From assembly GCA_963666285.1 (NCBI GenBank), contig OY762711.1: a stretch of 64,000 nucleotides of DNA; one strand, given 5' to 3'. The notes beneath the pieces were generated by a model. The model ran no database searches and was not told where the DNA came from. It worked only from the letters and a program-made list of their open reading frames with translations. Shown here piece after piece: positions 31,941-40,046 of the stretch. Position numbers and translations under genes: made by a program. This stretch comes from Sedimentisphaerales bacterium (lineage in GTDB: Bacteria > Planctomycetota > Phycisphaerae > Sedimentisphaerales > SM23-30). How positions within the stretch are numbered: the stretch's first letter is position 1; each line of letters begins with the position of its first letter.

Positions 31941-32726
31941 TTACTGTGCTTTCAATACTGCTCCACTCTTCGGCTTATAAACTTGCACGCGATTATTGCC
32001 TGTATCTGCTATATACAACCAACCTGTCGACTTATCAATGTATAAACCGTGTAGGTTGTCAAACTGACCTGGTTCTGAACCCTCGAAACCCCACATTGTT
32101 ATAAACTTTCCGGAACTGTCAAAAACCTGTATCCGGTCATTCCCTATTTCGGAGACAAATATATTGTCATTTTTATCTATCGCTATACCAGCTGGTGCCT
32201 TAAACTCGCCCGGATCGGAGCCAATATTGCCCCAATGCCTTAACAGCTTACCATCCGCTGAAAATACCTGAATACGATCATTCTTTAGGTCTGATACAAA
32301 TATCTCACCCTTACTATTGGCTTTGGCAGCTTCTGGGTTATTTACCTTGCCAGGTTTTGAACCTAAACGACTGAATAGGTATAGAAAGTTTCCTTCTAAA
32401 TCAAATACATTTATTCGATGATTACCGGCTTCCGGCATAAACAACTTACCTTCGTAGATGCTCATAAACTCTGATTTTATATTCTCCCCCGGAGCTTCAC
32501 CATAATCACTGAAGGTTTTTATCCATTCATAATTTTTATTATAAACCTTGACATAACCGGTATTATAATCTGCTACATAAATATCGCCTTTGGGGCTTAC
32601 TGCTATTCCTTCCGAACCAAACGTCATTAAATATTCATAATATGGATTATCCTCGGCTTTCACTATTCGCGGAACTATTACTGCCGCAAGAACCAATATT
32701 ACCAATAATTTCCTATTCATTTTCAC
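31941..32726 (-). CDS. Secreted NHL-repeat beta-propeller protein
   Basis: Repeated GSxPGxFxxPxGIAxD...IFVSDxxNDRIQVF; signal peptide; GTG start after an AGGAG RBS. Confidence 0.9.
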   Translation of the reverse strand: MKMNRKLLVILVLAAVIVPRIVKAEDNPYYEYLMTFGSEGIAVSPKGDIYVADYNTGYVKVYNKNYEWIKTFSDYGEAPGENIKSEFMSIYEGKLFMPEAGNHRINVFDLEGNFLYLFSRLGSKPGKVNNPEAAKANSKGEIFVSDLKNDRIQVFSADGKLLRHWGNIGSDPGEFKAPAGIAIDKNDNIFVSEIGNDRIQVFDSSGKFITMWGFEGSEPGQFDNLHGLYIDKSTGWLYIADTGNNRVQVYKPKSGAVLKAQ

Positions 32727-32826
32727 GTCTCCTGTATTACTGTAACAGTTTCTTAGCTGACTCTGATTTCCTCATAACCGCTGCCTTTTATATTCACAAA
32801 CTTGATATCTGACATAAATATATATT

Positions 32827-33167
32827 TAGTCAAAGTAACAGATTTTACAATGTGTTTTACCATAACACATTGTAAGAGAATTCTTTATATTGTAAATAAA
32901 ACTAGCCTGCCGCTTTGCGGCAATCCTTGCCTAATACCAAATACCTAACCACTAGAGCACTTTAATATTTTCTGTTCCGATTTATGCCTCTGTGAGGATG
33001 GGGCTGACAAAGAAGAAAACACAGTAATATTCATATATTGCGAGTATTTCTGATGTAGTCAGCCGAAACCGCAACAGGCAAAAAGCGAACACGCCACAAA
33101 GTGATACGAAGCATAAAAATTAAATTGCTCTAATACCTCTCAAACTGGCGATCGGTCTGTTTGAGTA
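32827..33167. mobile_element. Copy C of the ~142-bp element, interrupted by a 180-bp MITE
   Basis: Ends TAGTCAAAGTAACAGAT / ATCGGTCTGTTTGAGTA; internal TGCCGCTTTGCGGCA and CCTAATACC. Confidence 0.7.
32953..33132. mobile_element. 180-bp MITE with 14-bp terminal inverted repeats
   Basis: TAGAGCACTTTAAT ... ATTAAATTGCTCTA (13/14 match); internal GGCTGAC...GTCAGCC stem. Confidence 0.75.
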
Positions 33168-33721
33168 AATTTAGTCATTTTATGTTATCGTCAAATTGAA
33201 ATGAAACTGAAACAGAATCCACAATACCAAAATCACTTCATGCTAAATGCTGCAACTACATATTTAACCAACACTTATAAAGCTGTCAAAGTTATATTTT
33301 TTCCCTTTTAGATCATTTAGTCCAATAACCACAAATAGTATATCATTAAACCTTTCTGCTTCGCAAAATATCGGCATGAGAATTAATCTTCAATTCACTG
33401 AGCAATAATTAAGCGGCAGAATTTAAAACCATCTCGCACATCAACACAATATTCTATAAAATTCCCGACTCTATTAAACTTCCGACTTTTCCGCCGGTGA
33501 AAATACTCGGTATTAGCCGATTAACAAAGAATGCCGCAACGCGGAAACCATCCCCATGAAACGCGTTACATAACCCCTATAATTCTCCTTTTGGTTTAGA
33601 CATTACATTACTCAAAGTGACCGATTTTACACTTTTTATTGCTGTAACACAATTTAATGCAAATTGTTACATTAATGATTTAATTAGCTTGCCGCTTTAC
33701 GGCAAACATTCCCTAATACCT

Positions 33722-35368
33722 AACCCGGACAAGCCGGAACCAAACAGGTTTTTATAATTATATTTACGCTGCATAAGAATTCCACGATAATGTATCAGAA
33801 TTATTATGCAGAACTTTATTGAACGACATTTTAACAAAATTAAGGGAGTTACCTCCTGTTTTGACCGTGTCATATTTACTGGTACAATACCGGGAATATG
33901 TTTTGCCGATGGAATGACTGTGCATTTGCGTAAACACAACATTCGAATATTTGATTTCACTAAATGGGCTGAACCTTTGCGTGACCTCATTAATGAAAAC
34001 GCCAAAGTTGTTGCATCTGACAATGGTCTTGAGATAGAATTTATTCGTAAAAAGAATTTCCGCAAAGAGAAAGTTATTAAACAGATAATTGACCAAAGAG
34101 GTAATCACCCTGGGCTGGTACATATTTTCTCGGCTATGGAAACCTGCAGCAGCTATGAACCATGGCATAACAAACAAACCGGAAAAACTTATATTAGAGG
34201 TTCTCAGGGAAGGTGTTTGCATTATTATTTCTATTTTATTGATAAAGCATTGGGGCTCTGCTATTTGAGAGTACCAACCTGGGCTCCGTTCCGATTGCAA
34301 TTGTACTTTAACGGTCATAATCAACTGGCTGCTAAATTGAAAAGTAAAAATATCGATTACACCATGCTTGACAATGTTTTTATTGATATCGAAGATTTCG
34401 ACAAGGCCCAAAAGCTCAGTGACAGCCTTAGCGTCAACCAGCTTCATCGCATTATTGAAAAATATGCTACTACTTATTGTCCTGTAATTACAGAGCTTAA
34501 GGAAAATTTCCACTGGAGTATAATGCAGGCGGAATATGCTACAGACATTGTTTTCAAAAAACAATCTGACCTGACCTGTATATATGAGGAATTGACCAGA
34601 ACAGCTATTCATTCGGTTAAGGCTGATAATATCGCCACCTTCCTGGGAAGAAAGTTGTATACCAGCTATGAAGGTGAAATGGGCAATGACTTTAGCACCA
34701 GAATTGAAGGCACACGGATAAAACATCACATGGGGCCGGCTTCTGTCAAAATGTACGATAAGCATAAGCTTGTTCTGCGAATTGAGACAACAGTTAATGA
34801 TGTCAGCTTTTTCAAACACTACCGCAAGGTGGAACATCGCGACGGCACAACGAGCATGAAGCAGGCTCCGTTGCGTAAAAGTATTTATTCCTTTCCGGTT
34901 CTCACCGACCTGCTTGCCGCTTCTAATAGAAGATATATTGACTTTATCTCGGCTATTGATGACCCTACCTCTGCTAATAAGGATATTGATAAAATCTCCA
35001 GAGCTAAAAAGAAAAACGGTCGCAGTTTCAAAGGGTTTAATCTGTTCAACAAAGATGACCTTAAACTGATGCAAACTGTGTTGAGAGGAGAATTTAATAT
35101 CAATGGCTTTACCAGCAAACTTTTGAGAAAACACATGGGTAATAAAACCCCTAATCAGGTCTCCAGGATGCTCAAAAGACTCCGAATACATGGCCTGATT
35201 AAGAAAATCGGAAAAACGTACAAATACTATCTGACCAAAATGGGAAGAAGAGTTATTACCGCTGCTTTGAAAGCAAAGGAAATGCTCCTTATCCCTTTGC
35301 TCAGAGGTAATTTGAACTAATTGTAATAATTTCTTTGCCATTTTGCGCAAAATTTTATTGGTAAGATA
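33722..35368 (+). mobile_element. IS-like element without TIRs, flanked by the 9-bp direct repeat CTAATACCT
   Basis: CTAATACCT at 33713-33721 and 35369-35377; removing the insert restores the element seen at 9168-9334; subterminal CCGGACAAGCCGG and ATTTTGCGCAAAAT palindromes. Confidence 0.8.
33806..35320 (+). CDS. Putative transposase (504 aa, basic, KMYDK..RIET motif, C-terminal winged HTH)
   Basis: Only sense gene filling the inserted element; C-terminal VSRMLKRLRIHGLIKKIGKTYKYYLT is winged-HTH-like. Confidence 0.75.
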   Translation: MQNFIERHFNKIKGVTSCFDRVIFTGTIPGICFADGMTVHLRKHNIRIFDFTKWAEPLRDLINENAKVVASDNGLEIEFIRKKNFRKEKVIKQIIDQRGNHPGLVHIFSAMETCSSYEPWHNKQTGKTYIRGSQGRCLHYYFYFIDKALGLCYLRVPTWAPFRLQLYFNGHNQLAAKLKSKNIDYTMLDNVFIDIEDFDKAQKLSDSLSVNQLHRIIEKYATTYCPVITELKENFHWSIMQAEYATDIVFKKQSDLTCIYEELTRTAIHSVKADNIATFLGRKLYTSYEGEMGNDFSTRIEGTRIKHHMGPASVKMYDKHKLVLRIETTVNDVSFFKHYRKVEHRDGTTSMKQAPLRKSIYSFPVLTDLLAASNRRYIDFISAIDDPTSANKDIDKISRAKKKNGRSFKGFNLFNKDDLKLMQTVLRGEFNINGFTSKLLRKHMGNKTPNQVSRMLKRLRIHGLIKKIGKTYKYYLTKMGRRVITAALKAKEMLLIPLLRGNLN

Positions 35369-35408
35369 CTAATACCTCTCAAACTGGCCATCGGTCAGTT
35401 TGAGTACA

Positions 35409-35594
35409 TTACATTTTCTTATCCTGCTGTTCTTTCCAAACCTGCTGAGCTTCGCTGTACAACTCCAGCATATCAGCCTCAGAGCTGCCGAATTTCTCGC
35501 ACAGCTCTCCCAGCATATTATAATGCGAACCATTAAAGTAACGACTGTCACTCAACATCTGCACCAACTGCTCGATTATTCGCTTTTTGTCCAT
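35409..35594 (-). CDS. Small hypothetical protein (61 aa)
   Basis: GAGG RBS; lies co-directionally after the lipoprotein gene. Confidence 0.55.
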   Translation of the reverse strand: MDKKRIIEQLVQMLSDSRYFNGSHYNMLGELCEKFGSSEADMLELYSEAQQVWKEQQDKKM

Positions 35595-35643
35595 CGCTGC
35601 CTCTAACTATAATTACTGGCATAGATACACAAATTCAACCGAC

Positions 35644-37137
35644 TTAGTTCAGTTTTATAGTCTTCTTAACTTCCAGCTCACCGGACAGCGGACCGGTCTC
35701 CTGCGTCAAAGTTACTGTATATGTTCCGGCTTCTGGTCCTCGCCACGAGAACCCGCAAAGTCCGCTTCAACCATACTCCATATCTTGATCCACAAGGGAA
35801 TCACCCTTTGAATCTGTTATCACCAGGTGAGCACTCAGCCTTTCGTATCTGGCCTTGTTATTTTCGTCCAGGTACTTCTTCCTGAAACCGCTATACTTCT
35901 CTCCGCTGCTGCCGACAAAGCTTGCATCAATAATCAGGGTACTATCCTTACTAAACTCTGTTTTAGATTTTTTATCACCTTTCTCCGTCACCAGTATATC
36001 CGCTTTTATACCGCCAACCTCTATAACCGTAGGATTATCTTTTGCAATAGTTATAGTATCTGCATCACGGAAAGACGCCATAAACTCTTTCAATTCACTC
36101 TCTCCGTATGACATCGAACCATAAACTAAACGATAATCGCCAACCGGTATCGCTGACATTTCCTTGCCGATAATCATCGACAAAGTTGGGTCATTTTTAC
36201 CTTCGATCAATGTATATGTCAGATCACACAATATTGCATCTTTATCTTTCACTTTACAGGTGAAACTATTCACCGCACTCTTATCCTCTGCCAGGACGGC
36301 TTTCATTTCAATATCAGACACCCGATCCAGCCTGAACCTGTAATAGCTGTCATCAATCTTTAGTAGCGAACTCAACCGTGTCGCCGGCAGAAACGGCTTC
36401 TCTGCAATTCCTTCTTCTTCTACCAGCGTAAAATAACTCGAACCGTATACGGCATAACTCTGCTTATATACATTGAAAGGCACCATCATCTTATAAGACT
36501 TGCCTTTGAAAACCAGATCGCCTTCAAACTGACAAACTGACGAACACCGAACCTTGAATTGGCCATCTTTCATAAACGGACACACCAGCAGCTTCAGCGG
36601 TAACGTTTCTCCATATTCTCCAGTTATACGGAAATCAGGCGTGATAAAGCTGCCGTAGTCGCCAAAACGATTGGCAATATTTTCGTCCATCTCGAATCGT
36701 TCACCTTCATCCAGCTCGTTATCCCTGTCCAGATCAAGATACAAACCCAATACATCGGTATCTTTATATTCCAGCGCAGCATAGTTTTTTTTCCCCAGCA
36801 CCGTACTCGAAAATACAAAAAGGCTGTTATCACCGGCTTTCTCCTCGGCCGACTTTATAAATAATGTCTCGACCTTTTTTTCCGGCTCTTTTGACGAATA
36901 CCACCTAAACCTGCCGGGCCATTCATCTTCGTTACCGTTACAGCTGCGATATTCCAGCTTTACCGAGATCGGCTCACCCAGTTCCAACCCGCTCCAGTCC
37001 GGTTCCGGCCTTTTTTCCTGCTTGACGCTTTTGGACGGCTCTGACACCCCATTATCAGCATCTTTTTCGCATCCGGAGCATAATAATGCTCCCAGAACCA
37101 GCGGTATAATAATAACTTGCCAATATCTTTTTTTCAT
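35644..37137 (-). CDS. Lipoprotein; candidate selenoprotein (UGA at 35767-35769; 497 aa if recoded, 456 aa otherwise)
   Basis: Lipobox CSGC; frame continues past TGA as MEYG-U-SGLCGFSWRGPEAGTYTVTLTQETGPLSGELEVKKTIKLN to TAA at 35644. Confidence 0.7.
35735..35753 (-). promoter_or_regulatory. Candidate bacterial SECIS hairpin
   Basis: GGUUCUCG-UGG-CGAGGACC, an 8-bp stem starting 13 nt after the UGA, with G in the apical loop. Confidence 0.6.
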
Positions 37138-37280
37138 ATCTTAACCTTGCTCTTGTACTTATATCAATATCGTTGTCATTTTCAACTGATAAATTTATTC
37201 TACCCCAAAAATATCATTTGGCAAACATATTCTAACTCTATAGCAGTTTACTTACGCAGTTTTTAAGTTGCAATAACGAA

Positions 37281-37357
37281 GTGCCTCTGGTAAATCGCCT
37301 AAAAGGGACTTCCTACAACGCTTTTGGTAACCTGAAAATTCATTTCCAGAGGTGCCC
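37281..37357. repeat. Degenerate ~77-bp MITE-like inverted repeat
   Basis: GTGCCTCTGGTAAAT ... ATTTCCAGAGGTGCCC. Confidence 0.5.
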
Positions 37358-37548
37358 TATAGTTTCACATGTAATTTATTAAAAAAACAATACGGCGGCT
37401 CTCAAACTGTAAGCTATTGACATATAACACTTTATGTCTTGGCAAGTCTTTTTGATAGGTCAGTGTGAAATATTTTTTTATTTTTTAGGTCAAAAAACAA
37501 GTCTTTAATTGTTTTCATATATGTAGTCTAAAGCTAATTATATAAGAG

Positions 37549-38091
37549 ATGAATGTAAAACAGGACAATTTTGATAATAGCCCGGAAGAGAGGCATAAAA
37601 TCTTCTTCCAGTTATATGCCAACTATCAGAACCGATTGTTGGGCTATTTGTACATGATGCTTCACAATGAGAATGATGCTGAAGATATTCTTCAGGAAAC
37701 AGCTGCTACTCTATGGGAGCAATTTGACACTTTCGAGCCCGGGACAAACTTTTCTGCTTGGGCCACTCGGATCGCCCGTAACAAGGCACTCAACTTTTTA
37801 AAGAAAAATTCCCGGTCACGTGTTCACTTCGGCGACGATTTTTATGATAGAATCGCAGCTATCGAAGTTGAAAATGACCAGGCTCTTTCCGAGAGAAGTC
37901 AGGCTTTGAAAAAATGCCTGAAAAAACTCAGCAAAACCGATATGGAACTTTTATCTGTCAGGTATATCAAAGGATCACCTATGAAAACAATCGCCGAGAC
38001 ATTCGGCAGGTCAAAAACCGGCATATACCACTCTATGGCACGAATACACAATTTATTACACAGCTGCATTGAAAGAAGTCTACAGAGCTGA
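37549..38091 (+). CDS. ECF sigma-70 factor (Rhodopirellula/Verrucomicrobium type)
   Basis: DAEDILQE...GTNFSAWATRIARNK; region 4 CLKKLS...RY. Confidence 0.93.
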   Translation: MNVKQDNFDNSPEERHKIFFQLYANYQNRLLGYLYMMLHNENDAEDILQETAATLWEQFDTFEPGTNFSAWATRIARNKALNFLKKNSRSRVHFGDDFYDRIAAIEVENDQALSERSQALKKCLKKLSKTDMELLSVRYIKGSPMKTIAETFGRSKTGIYHSMARIHNLLHSCIERSLQS

Positions 38092-39835
38092 TCCCATTGC
38101 TCCAAAAATACACATGCTAAATGACAAAGATAAAAATGAATTAAGCCTGCTGATAATTGAGTTGCTTGACGGCACTATCAGCGATGAGCGATTATCAAAA
38201 CTTGATGATTGGCTCAGGCATTCTACTGCTGCTTTTGATTATTACTGCAGCTATACCCGCAACCTCATGGTATTAAAACATCAGCTGCAGCTTTCTGATA
38301 TCAGCGAAAATGGCTCTGTTGGTGAAAATATTCTCCAGTCGCTTGCCAGAAACGAACAGGACGCCCCGGAAATTATCTTAGAAAAAATCGATAATACTCC
38401 CATCCCCCAGGCAAAAGCTATAGACAATACCCAGACCTGTCCAAATAAGTTCTATCGTTTATACAGCAGGATTATTTCTATTGCTGCGGTATTGATGATT
38501 GTATTCATTGTTTACGCCAACTTGTTTCCGCCGCAGTATATCACGCCAATAGCCAAAGTCATAGACCAGGTAGATGCCCAGTGGTCACAGGATATAGAAC
38601 CTCTCAATAATGGTGACCGCATCTATACCAACCAGCCTACATATAAGCTAAAATCTGGTATTGTAAAGATATTGTACGACTACGGTGCCGAGGTTCTTAT
38701 CGAAGGCCCCGCTGAGTTTAAGCCGGTTGACGCTGAAAAGATGATACTCGATTCTGGACGTATTTATGTTAGTGTTCCACCTCACGCCGCCGGTTTTACC
38801 GCCGTTACACCCACAGGTACAATTATTGACCTGGGCACCGAATTCGGTGTCAGTGTTGCCTACGATGGCAGTACCGATGTTCACATGTTCAAAGGTAAAG
38901 CATCTGTCATCCCCGGCATGTCCGGCCAAAAAGAAAAAGGGCTGCTTATCACTGCCGGCCAGGCCAAAAATGTAGATCGTACAGGCGATGTAGCTGATAT
39001 ACAGGTAAATACCAACGAGTTTATCGATCCTGAATTATTTAGGGCCTTAAGCAAAGTAGATAAAAATTCACCATATTATCGCTGGCTGGTGTACAGTATA
39101 AATCTCAGACGTGACCCATCACTCGTAGCATATTATACCTTCGATAAAAATGATTCATATCCTGATATCCTTGAAAATAAAGCTTCTTTAACCGGCGGCA
39201 GAATAAACGGCAAACTTTATAGTGCCGCCGATGGTAAATTGCCAGCTTGGGTAGAGGGCAGATGGCCCCAGAAATCCGCTCTTAGCTTTAACCGTTCTGA
39301 GCATCAGGTAGTTACTGTCCCCGGTATTCCAGAGCTCTGTATCGATGGACCAATTACAATAGCAGCCTGGGTCAGATGTGACACACCTCAAGATGGCGGG
39401 CATATCGTCTCCTGTAGACAGAATATCGGCAACAAAACTGGTAATTTCCAGTTTGGTTTCAAATCACCTAAGGTGCAAGATTCTGCATGGCCCGGCAAAA
39501 TGCAACTGGGGCGAATGGAATGTTACGGTGCTACCGCTTCGGTAGGAGATAGAGTATATAGCAACCGAACATTTTTACCATCTTCTAATTGGCGTTTTAT
39601 AGCTGCTACTCACGACAATCATACTGCCAAATTTTACGTTGATGGCAAGATGATTGAATGTCTTGATTTTAATTATCATAAAGCATCTGTAGCTGCTGAT
39701 CTGGTAATTGGTGCTGATGATATTATGGGTGATCCATTACGCTTCACCGGTGAGATGGATGAATTGATGATATTCAATTCTGTAATTAACGAAAAAGAAA
39801 TAAGTGAAATTTACAAGGCCGGAAGGCCTTTTTAA
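38069..39835 (+). CDS. FecR-like anti-sigma factor with C-terminal LamG-like jellyroll domain (true start may be ATG 38114)
   Basis: Single TM; GFTAVTPTGTIIDLGTEFGV FecR motif; LVAYYTFD...FTGEMDELMIFN LamG motif. Confidence 0.88.
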   Translation: MKEVYRADPIAPKIHMLNDKDKNELSLLIIELLDGTISDERLSKLDDWLRHSTAAFDYYCSYTRNLMVLKHQLQLSDISENGSVGENILQSLARNEQDAPEIILEKIDNTPIPQAKAIDNTQTCPNKFYRLYSRIISIAAVLMIVFIVYANLFPPQYITPIAKVIDQVDAQWSQDIEPLNNGDRIYTNQPTYKLKSGIVKILYDYGAEVLIEGPAEFKPVDAEKMILDSGRIYVSVPPHAAGFTAVTPTGTIIDLGTEFGVSVAYDGSTDVHMFKGKASVIPGMSGQKEKGLLITAGQAKNVDRTGDVADIQVNTNEFIDPELFRALSKVDKNSPYYRWLVYSINLRRDPSLVAYYTFDKNDSYPDILENKASLTGGRINGKLYSAADGKLPAWVEGRWPQKSALSFNRSEHQVVTVPGIPELCIDGPITIAAWVRCDTPQDGGHIVSCRQNIGNKTGNFQFGFKSPKVQDSAWPGKMQLGRMECYGATASVGDRVYSNRTFLPSSNWRFIAATHDNHTAKFYVDGKMIECLDFNYHKASVAADLVIGADDIMGDPLRFTGEMDELMIFNSVINEKEISEIYKAGRPF

Positions 39836-40046
39836 CAGTTTTTCTGGTATCTATACCCTCTTAATAATAGTTTTAGTGGAATAAGTTTTATTTGGGAGGT
39901 GAAATCAAAAACGTTATAATAATATTGTTTCAATGGTTTTTATGGAATAAGTAATTTGCTGTCTTTCAGCAATAGTATAATAGTGTGAATAATGCTATTT
40001 AGAGGTCTAAATCTTTTTTAAGTAATTTCTTTTTTTGGAGGTTTAA

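Larger units (their letters stand above)
33609..35406. mobile_element. Copy B of the ~142-bp element, flanked by the 8-bp direct repeat CATTACAT and carrying a 1.65-kb insertion
   Basis: TIRs TACTCAAAGTGACCGAT / ATCGGTCAGTTTGAGTA (16/17); CATTACAT at 33601-33608 and 35407-35414. Confidence 0.8.

Noticed and set aside
33170..33600. Possible gene remnant between element copies C and B
   Set aside because: An RBS-like AAGGAG is present but the frames checked are short, with no recognisable homology
32827..35406. Integron attC-like cassette sites (hairpins right after stop codons)
   Set aside because: No RYYYAAC/GTTRRRY ends, no integrase, and one copy lies between core genes with TIR/direct-repeat signatures instead
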